The notes: generated from the sequence alone by a model not told the origin. A DNA stretch of 64,000 nucleotides from Bdellovibrionota bacterium (GCA_963668355.1 OY764265.1:2272001-2336000); one strand, 5' to 3'; shown: positions 32,963-44,680, counted from the stretch's first letter. Numbers and translations: made by a program.

Positions 32963-33246
32963 TGGGTAGAAGTACGAAAAAGGGACCCTTTGTAGACTCA
33001 TACCTCATCAAAAAAGTTGAGGAGTGTGAAAAACAAGGCGGTCGAAAAGTGATCAAAACATGGTCTCGTCGTTCAACCATCCTCCCTGAGTTTGTGGGAT
33101 TTACGTTTGCGATTCATAACGGTCGGAAGTTTCTCCCCATCTATGTGACAGAAAACATGGTGGGTCATCGCCTGGGTGAATTCGCGGCGACGAGAACGTT
33201 TCATCAACATTCGGGTGATCGAAAAACCGAAAAGGCAGGGAAGTAA
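32962..33246 (+). CDS. rpsS: 30S ribosomal protein S19
   Basis: [16 protein letters not shown]. Confidence 0.98.
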   Translation: MGRSTKKGPFVDSYLIKKVEECEKQGGRKVIKTWSRRSTILPEFVGFTFAIHNGRKFLPIYVTENMVGHRLGEFAATRTFHQHSGDRKTEKAGK

Positions 33247-33248
33247 TT

Positions 33249-33581
33249 ATGTCCGCTAAAGCCAGTGTGAAATTTGTTCGCGTACCTCCCAGAAAGGCTC
33301 GATTGGTCGCTGATATGGTTCGAGGAAAAGGAACCAATGAGGCCACAGCCATCCTTCGTTTTACGCCGAATAAAAGTGCCAAAATCTTGGGAAAACTTCT
33401 CAAAAGTGCAGTGGCCAACGCCACGGTGGACGGAAAAGCCGATGTCGACAATCTGTTCATTCGAGAGTTGATGGTCAACGAAGGGCCTGTCTTGAAGCGT
33501 TTTAAGCCTCGAGCACACGGACGTGCCACGCGTATCAATAAACGAACCAGCCATATTCACATGGTGTTAGCAGAGCGATAG
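33249..33581 (+). CDS. rplV: 50S ribosomal protein L22
   Basis: PRKARLVAD, PRAHGRA, KRTSHI. Confidence 0.98.
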   Translation: MSAKASVKFVRVPPRKARLVADMVRGKGTNEATAILRFTPNKSAKILGKLLKSAVANATVDGKADVDNLFIRELMVNEGPVLKRFKPRAHGRATRINKRTSHIHMVLAER

Positions 33582-33590
33582 GAGAAGATT

Positions 33591-34265
33591 GTGGGACAGA
33601 AAGTAAATCCGGTTGGTCTTCGAATTGGTATTAATAAGCCCTGGAAGTCTCGTTGGTATGCCGACAAGGGGTATGGAAAACTTTTACGAGAAGATCTCCA
33701 AATCAAGCAGTTGTTGAAGAAAAAGCTTTATCATGCGGGCGTTTCTCGCATTGAAGTTGAACGAGCGGCAAATCGTTGTTCGGTGGATGTGTACAGCGCT
33801 CGTCCCGGAATCATTATCGGGAAACGCGGAGCGGGAATTGATTCTTTGAAGGCTGAACTTCAGCGAATGACCGGTAAGGAAGTTTTGATCAATATCAAAG
33901 AGGTCCGAAAAGCTGAGCTGGATGCTCAGCTCGTGGCTGAAAACATTGCCATGCAGTTGGAACGTCGGGTGGCGTATAGGCGCGTGATGAAGAGAGCCGT
34001 TCAATCTTCCATGAAGCTTGGAGCCAAAGGGGTTCGAATTAAGGTCGGAGGACGTTTGGGTGGTTCTGAAATTGCTCGAAAAGAGTGGCACCGAGAAGGT
34101 TCCGTTCCTCTTCATACGCTTCGAGCGGACATCGACTATGGTTTTACGGAAGCTAAAACCACCTATGGAATTATCGGCGTCAAAGTGTGGATTTGTAAGG
34201 GTGAAATCATTGATTTCCGTGGTGCAAAAGAAGAAGGCCCCATGGATCAGGTGGCAGCGAGGTAG
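33591..34265 (+). CDS. rpsC: 30S ribosomal protein S3
   Basis: [17 protein letters not shown]. Confidence 0.98.
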   Translation: MGQKVNPVGLRIGINKPWKSRWYADKGYGKLLREDLQIKQLLKKKLYHAGVSRIEVERAANRCSVDVYSARPGIIIGKRGAGIDSLKAELQRMTGKEVLINIKEVRKAELDAQLVAENIAMQLERRVAYRRVMKRAVQSSMKLGAKGVRIKVGGRLGGSEIARKEWHREGSVPLHTLRADIDYGFTEAKTTYGIIGVKVWICKGEIIDFRGAKEEGPMDQVAAR

Positions 34266-34268
34266 ACG

Positions 34269-34682
34269 ATGTTACAACCGGCGAGAGTTAAATATCGAAA
34301 ACAACAAAAGGGACGGATGACGGGTGCAGCCCATCGGGGTTCGTCGCTGGCTTTTGGAGACTATGGTCTCAAAGCCATGGAATGTGGAAGAATTACCGGG
34401 CGTCAGTTGGAAGCTGCTCGAATCACGATTTCTCGTTTCATTAAACGAGGTGGAAAGATTTGGATTCGAATGTTTCCAGATAAACCTGTAACGAAGAAAC
34501 CTGCTGAAGTTCGAATGGGTAAAGGTAAGGGCTCTCCAGAATATTGGGTGGCTGTCATTAAGCCCGGTCGCATTTTGTATGAAATGGAAGGGGTTTCGCC
34601 GGACGTGGCTAGAGAGGCGTTTCGTTTGGCATCTCATAAGCTTCCCTTAAAAACCCGTTTTGTGTCGCGAGGTGAACAATGA
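34269..34682 (+). CDS. rplP: 50S ribosomal protein L16
   Basis: RMGKGKG, KLP. Confidence 0.98.
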   Translation: MLQPARVKYRKQQKGRMTGAAHRGSSLAFGDYGLKAMECGRITGRQLEAARITISRFIKRGGKIWIRMFPDKPVTKKPAEVRMGKGKGSPEYWVAVIKPGRILYEMEGVSPDVAREAFRLASHKLPLKTRFVSRGEQ

Positions 34683-34918
34683 GCGAAAAACAACATCGAA
34701 AAGAAGATATGGCCAGCCTCCGCTCTTTGAAACTTGAAGAACTGGCTGCCCAGAACAAAGAGATGACTGAAGAGGTTTTTTGGCTGGATTGGAAACACAA
34801 GAGTGGCCAGGTGGAAAACACAGCCAGCATTCGAAATGCCCGACGAAAAGTGGCTCGAATTCGAACGCTTATTCGGGAGAAAGAAATGGCTGAAAAAGGT
34901 CAGGGAGCAAAGTCATGA
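34679..34918 (+). CDS. rpmC: 50S ribosomal protein L29
   Basis: [13 protein letters not shown], synteny. Confidence 0.9.
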   Translation: MSEKQHRKEDMASLRSLKLEELAAQNKEMTEEVFWLDWKHKSGQVENTASIRNARRKVARIRTLIREKEMAEKGQGAKS

Positions 34919-35205
34919 AGGAACGTGGACAACGAAAAGAATTGGTTGGAATCGTAATCCGTAACAAGATGGACAAGACCGTCATCGTTCAGACAAGTCG
35001 ACGGATTGCACATAAGATTTACGGGAAGACCATTGTTCATAAAAACAAATACTACGCTCATGATGAAAAAGGTATCGGGAACCTGGGAGACACGGTCCGC
35101 ATTCGTCAAACCCGTCCTTTGAGCCGACTCAAACGATGGTCTGTTGTTGAAGTCGTCCGAGCCGCAAGCTTGGCGCAGGCTGAACGCCTGGGAGGTGGAG
35201 CGTGA
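34915..35205 (+). CDS. rpsQ: 30S ribosomal protein S17
   Basis: [19 protein letters not shown]. Confidence 0.97.
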   Translation: MKERGQRKELVGIVIRNKMDKTVIVQTSRRIAHKIYGKTIVHKNKYYAHDEKGIGNLGDTVRIRQTRPLSRLKRWSVVEVVRAASLAQAERLGGGA

Positions 35206-35570
35206 TCCAAGTTCAAACACGACTGGCCGTAGCAGACAACTCTGGTGCAAAAGAAGTCCAGTGCATCAAGGTGCTCGGCGGGTCCAAACGAAAATTTGCC
35301 GGTGTTGGCGACATTATTGTTGTGGCTGTTAAGGATGCCATTCCCAATGCCAAGGTAAAAAAAGGTGATGTGAAGCGAGCCGTAATTGTTCGAACGAGTA
35401 AAGAAATTCCTCGAAAAGATGGAACCTATATTCGCTTTGATGACAATTCTGCGGTTTTGTTGACGGGTGATCAGGAGCCAATCGGAACGCGTATTTTTGG
35501 TCCTGTGGCTCGTGAATTGCGTGCCAAGAACTTTATGAAGATTGTTTCGTTGGCACCGGAGGTGTTGTAG
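35202..35570 (+). CDS. rplN: 50S ribosomal protein L14
   Basis: [22 protein letters not shown]. Confidence 0.99.
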   Translation: MIQVQTRLAVADNSGAKEVQCIKVLGGSKRKFAGVGDIIVVAVKDAIPNAKVKKGDVKRAVIVRTSKEIPRKDGTYIRFDDNSAVLLTGDQEPIGTRIFGPVARELRAKNFMKIVSLAPEVL

Positions 35571-35572
35571 CC

Positions 35573-35920
35573 ATGCGAGTGGAAAAAAGAGCCAATCAAG
35601 CGATTCGAAAGAACGATATTGTTCAGGTCACAACGGGAAAAGAGGCTGGAAAACGCGGAAAAGTATTGAGCGTGTGGACGCCTAAGGATCGTTTGATCGT
35701 AGAAAAAATTAATATGGTTAAGCGGCATCAGAAGCCCAATCAGCAGAATCGACAAGGTGGAATCATTGAGAAAGAAGCATCTCTGCATTTGTCGAATGTG
35801 ATGCTGGTTTGTGACAAATGCAATCGTCCGGTTCGTGTTCGGTTTCAAAAGAATAAGGACGGCGATTCGGAGCGAATTTGTCATGCCTGCGGTGCAGTTG
35901 TTGCGAAGAAGCAAGGATAG
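35573..35920 (+). CDS. rplX: 50S ribosomal protein L24
   Basis: KOW motif, GGIIEKEA..HLSNV. Confidence 0.97.
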   Translation: MRVEKRANQAIRKNDIVQVTTGKEAGKRGKVLSVWTPKDRLIVEKINMVKRHQKPNQQNRQGGIIEKEASLHLSNVMLVCDKCNRPVRVRFQKNKDGDSERICHACGAVVAKKQG

Positions 35921-35929
35921 GAGTGAATC

Positions 35930-36475
35930 ATGACGCCGCGATTGAAAGAGAAATATCAAAATGAGGCAGTTCCCAAGCTTATGGAACAATTTAAGTATGG
36001 GAATAAAATGGAAGTTCCTCGTTTGGAAAAAATTACGATCAATATGGGATTGGGAAAGGCTTTGGAAGATCCCAAGTTGATTCAATCAGCTGTGGGTGAT
36101 TTAGCGGCCATTACAGGACAACGCCCGGTCGTCACTCAAGCGAAGAAAGCCATTTCCAATTTTAAACTTCGGAAGGGCTTGCAAATTGGTGCTTCTGTAA
36201 CTCTGCGAGCCTCACGAATGTATGAGTTTTTAGATCGATTTTGCAATGTCGCTCTTCCTCGGGTGCGAGACTTTAAAGGAATTCCCTCAAAGTCTTTTGA
36301 TCATCGTGGGAACTACACGGTGGGTATTCGGGAGCACATCATCTTTCCGGAGATCGACGTCGATAAAATGGAAAGACCCATTGGAATGAATATTACGTTT
36401 GTTACTACGGCCAAAACTGATGAAGAAGGAAAAAGTTTGTTGAAGCTTCTCGGTATGCCTTTCCGAGAGAACTAG
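35930..36475 (+). CDS. rplE: 50S ribosomal protein L5
   Basis: [15 protein letters not shown]. Confidence 0.98.
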   Translation: MTPRLKEKYQNEAVPKLMEQFKYGNKMEVPRLEKITINMGLGKALEDPKLIQSAVGDLAAITGQRPVVTQAKKAISNFKLRKGLQIGASVTLRASRMYEFLDRFCNVALPRVRDFKGIPSKSFDHRGNYTVGIREHIIFPEIDVDKMERPIGMNITFVTTAKTDEEGKSLLKLLGMPFREN

Positions 36476-36485
36476 GAGCAAAACT

Positions 36486-36671
36486 ATGGCAAAAACGTCA
36501 CTTAGAGCTAAAGCGAGACGAAAAAATAAATTTTCGGTTCGAAACTATAATCGATGCCCCCTGTGCGGCCGGCCGAGGGCTTATTACCGAAAATTTGAAA
36601 TGTGTCGACTTTGCTTTCGAAAACTAGCGCATCAGGGAGAAATTCCGGGTGTGACAAAGGCGAGTTGGTAG
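36486..36671 (+). CDS. rpsZ: 30S ribosomal protein S14 (type Z, zinc-binding)
   Basis: RCPLCGR...CRLCFR...PGVTKASW. Confidence 0.97.
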   Translation: MAKTSLRAKARRKNKFSVRNYNRCPLCGRPRAYYRKFEMCRLCFRKLAHQGEIPGVTKASW

Positions 36672-36680
36672 GAGAGAACG

Positions 36681-37079
36681 ATGTATACAGATCCCATTGC
36701 AGATTTTTTGACGCGCATTCGAAATGGCTTGCAGGCCAAACATGAATCGATTGAAGCACCCCTATCGAAATCCAAGATTCGATTGAGTGAGATTTTGAAA
36801 GAGGAAGGTTTTGTGTCTGATTTTCGTGTGATGCAACCCAAAGATGCTCCTGGGAGCATTCGGGTATTTTTGCGCTACCACCAAGATGGCTCCCCGATGA
36901 TCCAAAAAATCGAGCGAGTGAGCACTCCGGGGTGTCGTGTTTATGCGTCTGTCGAAGATTTGGATGAACAACTGGGCGGAATTGCCACAACGATCGTGTC
37001 GACGTCTAAGGGTGTCATGACGGATCGACAAGCACGAGAAGTCAACGCGGGCGGCGAAGTCCTTTGTAAAGTGTATTAG
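36681..37079 (+). CDS. rpsH: 30S ribosomal protein S8
   Basis: DPIADFLTRIRN, STSKGVMT, GGEVLC. Confidence 0.98.
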   Translation: MYTDPIADFLTRIRNGLQAKHESIEAPLSKSKIRLSEILKEEGFVSDFRVMQPKDAPGSIRVFLRYHQDGSPMIQKIERVSTPGCRVYASVEDLDEQLGGIATTIVSTSKGVMTDRQAREVNAGGEVLCKVY

Positions 37080-37088
37080 AGGTGAGCG

Positions 37089-37637
37089 ATGTCTAGAATT
37101 GGAAAACTACCGGTAGCCATTCCCAAAGGGGTGAAAACCTCATTGAGTGGGCAGACTCTTCAAGCAGAAGGTCCCAAAGGGAAATTGGCCATGGAAATCA
37201 ATCCAGCAATTTCGGTTGAAGTGAGTGAGTCTGAAATCGTTTGCAAAATGAACAACCCCGAAGAGCCAACAAGCAAACCTCTCTACGGATTGACTCGAAG
37301 CCTTGTCAATAATTTGGTTATTGGGGTCTCGACGGGATTTAAAAAAGAATTGGAAATTCAGGGCACAGGGTACCGGGCTTTTCTGAAAGGGAAAGAGCTG
37401 GAACTCAATGTTGGGCACTCGCACCCCGTTCTTTATCCCATTCCGGATGGCATCACCATTAATGTGGAAAAGAATGTAAAGATTGCTATCGAAGGTGCCG
37501 ACAAACAATTGGTCGGGCAAACGGCTGCTGAGATTAGAGGGTTCCGCAAGCCGGAGCCGTATAAGGGAAAAGGCATCAAGTATGCGGATGAAGTCATTCG
37601 CAAGAAGGCTGGTAAGACAGCTGCAGCGGGCTCTTAA
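37089..37637 (+). CDS. rplF: 50S ribosomal protein L6
   Basis: MSRIGK, PEPYKGKGI. Confidence 0.98.
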   Translation: MSRIGKLPVAIPKGVKTSLSGQTLQAEGPKGKLAMEINPAISVEVSESEIVCKMNNPEEPTSKPLYGLTRSLVNNLVIGVSTGFKKELEIQGTGYRAFLKGKELELNVGHSHPVLYPIPDGITINVEKNVKIAIEGADKQLVGQTAAEIRGFRKPEPYKGKGIKYADEVIRKKAGKTAAAGS

Positions 37638-37652
37638 AAAAAGGGAATCGTC

Positions 37653-38018
37653 ATGAACTCAAAAGAACGAAATGAAGCAAGATTGATTCGAAAAGGACGG
37701 GTACGTCGGAAGATTTTGAAAAACTCCGAGCATCCACGTTTAACGGTATTTCGAAGCGGAAAACATATTTATGCTCAAATCATTGATGATCGCGAGCATA
37801 AGACGTTGGCCTCTGCCAGCACCATGTCCAAAGAGCTCAAACAGGATCTTCAAAAGACGGGTGATGTGGAAGCTGCGAAAAAAGTGGGGCAATTGCTGGC
37901 TCAAAAGGCCAAGGACCTCAACTTGGAAACCCTGAGTTTTGATCGAAACGGATATATTTTTCATGGTCGTGTGAAAGCTCTTGCGGATGCGGCCCGTGAA
38001 GCAGGTCTAAAGTTTTAG
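37653..38018 (+). CDS. rplR: 50S ribosomal protein L18
   Basis: [22 protein letters not shown]. Confidence 0.98.
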   Translation: MNSKERNEARLIRKGRVRRKILKNSEHPRLTVFRSGKHIYAQIIDDREHKTLASASTMSKELKQDLQKTGDVEAAKKVGQLLAQKAKDLNLETLSFDRNGYIFHGRVKALADAAREAGLKF

Positions 38019-38032
38019 GAGAGGCGGAAGAA

Positions 38033-38548
38033 GTGGCAGAACAAATTGAATCAGGTGAAGTAACACTGGTCGACAATGTCGTTAAAGTAAATCGCGTTGC
38101 CAAAGTCGTAAAAGGTGGTCGTCGTTTTAGTTTTTCCGCTTTGGTTGTGGTCGGAGATCGTCAAGGTCGAGTGGGATACGGCATGGGAAAGGCCAACGAG
38201 GTTCCCGAGGCCATTCGTAAGGCTGGGGAAAAAGCGAAAAAGAGTCTGATCCAGGTTCCAATCAAAAATGGAACCATCACGCACGAAATCACGGGAGTGT
38301 ATGGTGCGGGTCGAGTCTTGTTGAAGCCGGCAAGCGATGGTACCGGAGTTATTGCCGGGGGTATTGTTCGAGCCGTAGTGGAGGCAGCCGGAATCCAAGA
38401 CATTCTGACGAAATCTTTGGGTTCGTCCAATCCCCATAATGTGGTTAAGGCCACCATGGATGCTTTGGCCAGATTAAGAGACCCAGAAAAGGTATTGGCG
38501 AGCCGGAAAGGCATAATCGCAGAAAACGCTGAGCAAGTAGCGAGGTAG
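38033..38548 (+). CDS. rpsE: 30S ribosomal protein S5
   Basis: [22 protein letters not shown]. Confidence 0.98.
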   Translation: MAEQIESGEVTLVDNVVKVNRVAKVVKGGRRFSFSALVVVGDRQGRVGYGMGKANEVPEAIRKAGEKAKKSLIQVPIKNGTITHEITGVYGAGRVLLKPASDGTGVIAGGIVRAVVEAAGIQDILTKSLGSSNPHNVVKATMDALARLRDPEKVLASRKGIIAENAEQVAR

Positions 38549-38550
38549 TC

Positions 38551-38880
38551 ATGGAAAAGATCCAAATTAAATTGAAACGAGGTTTGGCTCGAACGACAGA
38601 GGTTCAACGAGCCAATTTGAAAGGGCTGGGTTTGCGAAAACGTGAATCCATTTCAATCGTGGCAGATACCGAAGCCAATCGTGGGATGATTCGCAGAGTT
38701 ATTCATATGTTGGATGTATCTCGGCCAAACGCGGAAAGCGAAACCAAGAAGTCAGGTGTCGCGGTTGAAGTGAAACCGGTCTCCACGGAAGCTAAAAAAG
38801 CAGCTCCCAAGAAGAAAACGACTAAGAAAAAAGTCGCTAAAAAAACAGCGACCAAGTCGACGAAGGAGAAAAAGTCATGA
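38551..38880 (+). CDS. rpmD: 50S ribosomal protein L30 with Lys-rich C-terminal tail
   Basis: LKGLGLRK, RGMIRRVIHML; position between rpsE and rplO. Confidence 0.9.
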   Translation: MEKIQIKLKRGLARTTEVQRANLKGLGLRKRESISIVADTEANRGMIRRVIHMLDVSRPNAESETKKSGVAVEVKPVSTEAKKAAPKKKTTKKKVAKKTATKSTKEKKS

Positions 38881-39326
38881 TGAACCTTTCAAATTTAGCA
38901 GCCCCCAAGGGAGCTCGAAAAAATCGTAAACGTTTGGGTCGAGGAGAAAGCTCCGGGCAAGGAAAGACCGCTGGAAAAGGTAACAAAGGTCAAAACGCTC
39001 GTGCTGGTGCGAAGCGAAAATCAGGATTTGAAGGAGGCCAAATGCCCATGCATCGACGTCTTCCCAAGTTCGGATTTACAAATATTTTTAGAGAGGATCG
39101 AGTCCACGTCAAGCTGTCTGATTTAAACGGCTTTGAGGATGGGACGACGGTAGATATGGAAGCTTTGAAAGAGGCTGGCCTGGTTCGACGTAAATTTGAG
39201 GGTCGGATTAAGGTGTTAGGTAACGGTGAGTTGTCGAAAAAACTCACGGTTAAAGTGAACTCTTTCAGTCAGTCGGCGAAAGCTGCGATTGAAAAAGCAG
39301 GGGGTCAAACGGAGGTTGTGAGCTAA
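38877..39326 (+). CDS. rplO: 50S ribosomal protein L15
   Basis: GFEGGQMPMHRRLPKFGF. Confidence 0.98.
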   Translation: MMNLSNLAAPKGARKNRKRLGRGESSGQGKTAGKGNKGQNARAGAKRKSGFEGGQMPMHRRLPKFGFTNIFREDRVHVKLSDLNGFEDGTTVDMEALKEAGLVRRKFEGRIKVLGNGELSKKLTVKVNSFSQSAKAAIEKAGGQTEVVS

Positions 39327-39330
39327 TACC

Positions 39331-40644
39331 ATGGCATCTTTTGGAAACATGGCCAAAATTCCGGAGCTTAGGCGCCGGATCCTTGTCACTTTGGCATTGA
39401 TTGGCGTCTTTCGTTTGGGCGTTCACATTCCCTGTCCGGGAATTGATGCGGGTGCATTGGCTCGCTTTTTTGAAGCCCAACAGGGAACACTGTTTGATGT
39501 CTTTAATGTGTTCAGTGGCGGAGCTTTGCAGCGGTTTTCCATTTTTGCTTTGGGCATTATGCCCTACATCAGTGCCTCGATCATTTTGCAGCTTTTGACG
39601 GTGGTTTTCCCTCATTTGGAAAACCTTCGAAAAGAAGGCGAAATGGGGCAGAGAAAAATTACGCAATACACGCGGTATTTGACGGTGGTTTTGAGCGCCA
39701 TTCAAGGTTTCGGAATTGCCTCTTGGTTGGAAAGTGTGGAAGCGGGAGGAGCTTCTTCCATCGTTTTGAACCCTGGAATGGGATTTAAAGTCATGACGGT
39801 CATCACTTTGGCTTCAGGAACATCTTTCTTGATGTGGCTGGGTGAACAAATGACTGAACGAGGGATTGGAAACGGAATCTCGCTTATCATTTTTGCTGGA
39901 ATTGTAGCCGGTCTTCCAAGTGCCATGGTGAGTACGTTCGAATTGGCAAAAGCTGGCCAGTTAGGTCCTTTAGGCGTGTTGGGGATTTTGGCGTTTGCAT
40001 TGGTTGTCATTTACGGAATTATTTATTTCGAGCAATCTCAACGAAGAATTCCCGTTCAATATGCTAAGCGTGTGGTGGGGCGTCGCATGTATCAGGGGCA
40101 AAGCACGCACCTGCCTTTGAAGTTGAACATGTCCGGAGTGATTCCTCCCATTTTTGCCAGTTCCTTGCTGATGTTTCCTGCGACGCTGGCACAATTTTCC
40201 AACGTGAGCTGGATGAATGTCATTACTGACCAGTTGCATCCTGCGGGATGGATCTACAATGTCGTCATGGTCGGACTCATCATTTTCTTCTGCTACTTTT
40301 ATACAGCGGTTCAGTTTAATCCGGACGATGTGGCTGAAAATATGAAGAAGTTTGGTGGCTATGTTCCTGGGATTCGGCCGGGAAAGAACACAGCTCAATA
40401 CATTGAACGCGTGGTCGAGCGAATTACTTTGGTGGGTTCATTATATTTGGCCGCAGTCTGCGTCATTCCGGTTTTGCTGCAAGGTCAAGTGGGCGTTACG
40501 TTTTATTTCGGTGGCACAAGCTTGTTGATTGTCGTTGGTGTGGCTTTGGATACGGTGGCGCAAATTGAATCGCATTTGGTCAGTCATCACTATGATGGAT
40601 TTTTGGGACAAAAAGGCGGTCGAATGAGAGGACGGAGGGGATGA
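39331..40644 (+). CDS. secY: Preprotein translocase subunit SecY
   Basis: SIFALGIMPYISASII, GIGNGISLII, PGIRPG. Confidence 0.99.
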   Translation: MASFGNMAKIPELRRRILVTLALIGVFRLGVHIPCPGIDAGALARFFEAQQGTLFDVFNVFSGGALQRFSIFALGIMPYISASIILQLLTVVFPHLENLRKEGEMGQRKITQYTRYLTVVLSAIQGFGIASWLESVEAGGASSIVLNPGMGFKVMTVITLASGTSFLMWLGEQMTERGIGNGISLIIFAGIVAGLPSAMVSTFELAKAGQLGPLGVLGILAFALVVIYGIIYFEQSQRRIPVQYAKRVVGRRMYQGQSTHLPLKLNMSGVIPPIFASSLLMFPATLAQFSNVSWMNVITDQLHPAGWIYNVVMVGLIIFFCYFYTAVQFNPDDVAENMKKFGGYVPGIRPGKNTAQYIERVVERITLVGSLYLAAVCVIPVLLQGQVGVTFYFGGTSLLIVVGVALDTVAQIESHLVSHHYDGFLGQKGGRMRGRRG

Positions 40645-41288
40645 TGGATGTCGTTCTTCTAGGACCTCCGGGCGCCGGAAAAGGAACCCAGGCTGTAGGA
40701 ATGTCCACACGCTTTCATTTAAAGCATATTTCCACCGGGGATTTGCTTCGGGTGGCTGTGAAAGAAGGTACCGCACTTGGGAAAGAAGCCGAAAGTTTTA
40801 TGAAACAAGGTGCTTTGGTCCCGGATGAATTGATTCTAAAACTCATTCAGGAAGCGTTGCCGGAAGACCAAGGAGTGCTCTTTGATGGTTTTCCCAGAAA
40901 TGTGCTTCAGGCCAAAGCTTTGCGAGAGGTCTTGGAGGCAAAACATCGCACGTTGTCGGCTGTGATTAATTTGTCATTGGCGGATGAAGACGTGATTCAA
41001 AGGCTTTGTGGAAGACGTCAGTGTGCGAATTGTGGTGCAATTTATCACGTTGATCATAATCCCACCGAGAAAGAGGGAGTTTGTGACAAATGTGGTGGAG
41101 AGGTTTATCAGAGAGCTGATGACCAAGAGTCCACCATCAAGAATCGAATTGCGGTGTATCACGAACAAACGAAACCTTTGGTTGAGTTTTACACCAATGA
41201 GAATTTGATTGAGTCGGTGGATGCAGGGAAAGCTCCTGAAGTCGTGGGAAAAATGGTTGATGAGAGGATGGAGGCTCGAAGAGGATGA
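40641..41288 (+). CDS. adk: Adenylate kinase (zinc-finger LID)
   Basis: GPPGAGKGT, DGFPR, CANC...CDKC. Confidence 0.98.
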   Translation: MMDVVLLGPPGAGKGTQAVGMSTRFHLKHISTGDLLRVAVKEGTALGKEAESFMKQGALVPDELILKLIQEALPEDQGVLFDGFPRNVLQAKALREVLEAKHRTLSAVINLSLADEDVIQRLCGRRQCANCGAIYHVDHNPTEKEGVCDKCGGEVYQRADDQESTIKNRIAVYHEQTKPLVEFYTNENLIESVDAGKAPEVVGKMVDERMEARRG

Positions 41289-42034
41289 TTCCGCTTAAGA
41301 CCAAAGCAGAAATCGAACTTCTTCGGCAGGCCAATCAAATCGTGGCCGAGGCTCGAGATTCCATTCGTGCAATGGCTGAGCCCGGAATAACGACGTTGGA
41401 ACTGGATGAACATGCTGAAAAGTTGATGGCCAAGCGCGGAGCAAAACCGGCCTTTAAAGGCTATCGAGGCTTTCCTGCAACCATTTGCGTTTCCATCAAT
41501 AACGAGGTGGTTCATGGAATCCCCGGTAAGCGAAAATTGAAAGAAGGCGATCTCGTTAGTGTTGATTTAGGGTCCATTTTTGAAGGATTCTATGGAGATT
41601 CAGCCCTTTCTTTTGCGGTGGGTCAGGTCTCGGAAGAAGCTGAGCGGCTTATGCGAGTGACGCGAGAGTCTTTGTATAAGGGGATCGAAGCTGCGCAACC
41701 TGGCAATCGATTGCATGATATCAGCGCTGCGGTTCAGGAACACTGTGAAGCCCAGGGCTTCTCAATTGTAAAAGATTTTGTGGGGCATGGAATTGGGCGT
41801 GCGCTGCATGAAGATCCTCAAGTTCCGAACTTTGGAACAAGGGGAACCGGTCCAAAGTTGCAACCAGGGATGGTGTTGGCCATTGAGCCTATGGTTAATG
41901 CAGGTGGAGCTGAGGTCCAGGTTTTGGATGATGGTTGGACGGCGGTGACCAGAGATGGAAGCTTGTCGGCCCATTTTGAACACTCCATCGCGATTACGGA
42001 AGACGGTCCCGTAATTTTGAGTGAAGGAGTCTAA
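41285..42034 (+). CDS. map: Methionine aminopeptidase type I
   Basis: VVHGIP, GHGIG..LHEDP, AIEPM, AHFEH. Confidence 0.98.
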   Translation: MIPLKTKAEIELLRQANQIVAEARDSIRAMAEPGITTLELDEHAEKLMAKRGAKPAFKGYRGFPATICVSINNEVVHGIPGKRKLKEGDLVSVDLGSIFEGFYGDSALSFAVGQVSEEAERLMRVTRESLYKGIEAAQPGNRLHDISAAVQEHCEAQGFSIVKDFVGHGIGRALHEDPQVPNFGTRGTGPKLQPGMVLAIEPMVNAGGAEVQVLDDGWTAVTRDGSLSAHFEHSIAITEDGPVILSEGV

Positions 42035-42044
42035 GGAGAAGACG

Positions 42045-42158
42045 ATGAAAGTTCGCACTTCGGTAAAGAAAATTTGTGACAAATGTAAGGTCATTAAACG
42101 AAAAGGTGTGGTTCGTGTGATTTGCACGAATCCGCGTCATAAACAAAGACAAGGGTAA
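42045..42158 (+). CDS. rpmJ: 50S ribosomal protein L36
   Basis: Not in the ORF track: [37 protein letters not shown]. Confidence 0.97.
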   Translation: MKVRTSVKKICDKCKVIKRKGVVRVICTNPRHKQRQG

Positions 42159-42169
42159 GGAGTCAAAAC

Positions 42170-42550
42170 GTGGCACGAATTGCAGGAGTAGATTTACCTC
42201 GGGCCAAGCGAATGGAAATCGCTTTGACGAAGATTTTTGGTGTTGGACAAACAACTGCGCGAGAGATTTGCGAACGTGCAAATGTCGAGTTCTTTAAAAA
42301 GACGGACGATCTCACCGAAGGCGAAATTGTTCGCATTCGTGAGATTATCGATCGGGACTATCGTGTTGAGGGTGATTTGAGGCGTGAGGTTACGGCCAAC
42401 ATCAAACGACTCATGGATTTGGGATGTTATCGAGGTCTACGACACCGAAGAGGTTTGCCTGTGCGTGGACAGCGAACGCATACGAATGCTCGGACGAGAA
42501 AAGGTAAACGTCGAGCGGCAATTAAGATTAATGCTCCGGCTGGGAAGTAA
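42170..42550 (+). CDS. rpsM: 30S ribosomal protein S13
   Basis: [20 protein letters not shown]. Confidence 0.99.
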   Translation: MARIAGVDLPRAKRMEIALTKIFGVGQTTAREICERANVEFFKKTDDLTEGEIVRIREIIDRDYRVEGDLRREVTANIKRLMDLGCYRGLRHRRGLPVRGQRTHTNARTRKGKRRAAIKINAPAGK

Positions 42551-42561
42551 CGAGGAATATC

Positions 42562-42960
42562 ATGGCTGACGAAAAAGGAAAAAAGACTCATAAACGTAAA
42601 GCGGCGAAAAAGAACGTTCCGTTTGGTGTGGCTCACATTCAAGCGACGTTCAATAACACGATCATTACAATCAGTGAGCCCAACGGAAGCGTTGTCTCTT
42701 GGTCAACAGCGGGATCTCACAACTTCAAGGGATCCAAGAAATCCACGCCATTCGCGGCTGAAGTGGCTGCGCAAGCTGCGGGTAAAGCGGCGATGGAACA
42801 CGGGATGCGTGCTGTTGATGTCGAAGTGAAAGGTCCTGGAGCTGGGCGCGAGGCTGCAATTCGTGCTTTGCAACACTGTGGGCTGAAAGTAAATGCCATT
42901 CGCGACGTCACGCCTATTCCTCACAATGGATGTCGGCCAGCGAAACGTAGGCGAGTTTAG
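42562..42960 (+). CDS. rpsK: 30S ribosomal protein S11
   Basis: [19 protein letters not shown]. Confidence 0.99.
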   Translation: MADEKGKKTHKRKAAKKNVPFGVAHIQATFNNTIITISEPNGSVVSWSTAGSHNFKGSKKSTPFAAEVAAQAAGKAAMEHGMRAVDVEVKGPGAGREAAIRALQHCGLKVNAIRDVTPIPHNGCRPAKRRRV

Positions 42961-42972
42961 GAGGATAGGGAA

Positions 42973-43599
42973 ATGGCACGGTATAGAGAGTCAGTTTGTC
43001 GAATTTGTCGACGAGAAGGTTTTAAGTTGTTCCTTAAGGGAGATCGATGTTTCACAGATAAATGTGCCATCGATCGTCGAGGTTATCCTCCCGGACAACA
43101 TGGAATGGGGAGAACCAAGGTTTCGAACTATGGAACCCACCTCCGGGAAAAACAAAAAATTCGAAGAATGTATGGTGTTTTGGAAAAGCAATTCCGAAAG
43201 TATTTCGTAGAGGCTGCACGCTTGAAAGGGAATACGGGAGCCAACCTTCTTCTTTTGTTGGAACAGCGCCTGGACAATGTTGTTTACCGGTTGGGTATGG
43301 CCAGTTCTCGAAATGAGGCCAGGCAGTATGTTCGTCATGGCCATTTTGAAGTGAATGGAAGACGCGTGGATCTTCCCGCCTATCAAATTAAAATGGGTGA
43401 CAAGATCGTTGTAAGAGAAAAAAGTCGAAAGATTACACAGCTCAACTTGGCTTTGGACGCTGTGGAACGAAAAGGAATCCCCGCATGGCTCGAGTTAAAT
43501 CGGGAAGCCTATGAAGGCACGGTTCGCACGTTACCGACGCGCGAAGAATTAACCATGCCGATGCAAGAACAATTGGTCGTCGAGTTTTACTCGAAATAA
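42973..43599 (+). CDS. rpsD: 30S ribosomal protein S4 (zinc-binding form)
   Basis: [30 protein letters not shown]. Confidence 0.99.
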   Translation: MARYRESVCRICRREGFKLFLKGDRCFTDKCAIDRRGYPPGQHGMGRTKVSNYGTHLREKQKIRRMYGVLEKQFRKYFVEAARLKGNTGANLLLLLEQRLDNVVYRLGMASSRNEARQYVRHGHFEVNGRRVDLPAYQIKMGDKIVVREKSRKITQLNLALDAVERKGIPAWLELNREAYEGTVRTLPTREELTMPMQEQLVVEFYSK

Positions 43600-43617
43600 G
43601 AACATTTGGAGGTCCGC

Positions 43618-44676
43618 ATGTATGAGAATTGGAAAGATTTAATTCAGCCCCGTGGATTGGATATTGATACGGAATCGTTAACCCCATCCTATGGGAAGTT
43701 TGAAGCCAAACCTTTGGAACGAGGATTTGGGATAACCCTTGGTAACAGTCTTCGTCGGATTCTTCTTTCGTCGCTTCAAGGCGCGGCGGTGACGAATGTC
43801 AAAATTCAAGGTGTCCAACATGAGTTTTCGACCATCAAGGGTAGTTCTGAAGATGTGACAGAAATCATCTTAAACATCAAAGGTGTTTTGTTGCGATGTT
43901 ACTCACGAGGTCCAGAAACCATCTCAATCAACGCCCAAGGACCTTGTGAAATTAAGGCCAAAGACCTTGTGACCAATGAAAACGTTGAGATTCTTAATCC
44001 AGAGCATCACATTTGTAGTTTGAGTGAAGATGGAAAGCTCAATGCAGAGATGACGGTGAAAATGGGCAGTGGTTATGTCCCAGCAGAGCGGAACAAAGAA
44101 GAGGATCAGTCCATTGGAACGATTCCTGTGGACTCTGTGTTTTCACCGATCAAAAAAGTGAACTATGTTGTTTCTCAGGCTCGCGTGGGTCAACAGACCG
44201 ACTATGACAAGTTAACGCTGGAAATTTGGACGAATGGAAGCGTTAAACCTGAAGATGCGCTGGCGTACTCCGCTAAAATTTTGAAAGAACAAATTCAAAT
44301 CTTCATTAATTTTGATGAAACCGAAGAACCGGTTGAGGTTCCGACAGAGGTTGTCGAAAAAGAGGAAATGAATCGAATCAATGAGAACCTGTTGCGTAAA
44401 GTGGATGAATTGGAATTGTCCGTTCGTTCAGCCAACTGTTTGCAGAACGCAAACATCAAATACATTGGTGAGTTGGTTCAAAAGTCTGAGAATGAAATGC
44501 TCAAAACGAAAAATTTCGGTCGAAAATCATTGAATGAAATCAAGGAAATCTTGACCGAAATGGGTTTGGGTCTCGGAATGAAATTAGACGATTTAGCCCT
44601 TCGTGAGTTAGACGCTCGCAAAGGTGCAGGCGTTCCTGTGATGCAACCGCAGGGAGAAGAGTTAACACAGGGGTAA
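43618..44676 (+). CDS. rpoA: RNA polymerase alpha subunit
   Basis: [35 protein letters not shown] 43618 after GGAGG. Confidence 0.99.
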   Translation: MYENWKDLIQPRGLDIDTESLTPSYGKFEAKPLERGFGITLGNSLRRILLSSLQGAAVTNVKIQGVQHEFSTIKGSSEDVTEIILNIKGVLLRCYSRGPETISINAQGPCEIKAKDLVTNENVEILNPEHHICSLSEDGKLNAEMTVKMGSGYVPAERNKEEDQSIGTIPVDSVFSPIKKVNYVVSQARVGQQTDYDKLTLEIWTNGSVKPEDALAYSAKILKEQIQIFINFDETEEPVEVPTEVVEKEEMNRINENLLRKVDELELSVRSANCLQNANIKYIGELVQKSENEMLKTKNFGRKSLNEIKEILTEMGLGLGMKLDDLALRELDARKGAGVPVMQPQGEELTQG

Positions 44677-44680
44677 AAAG

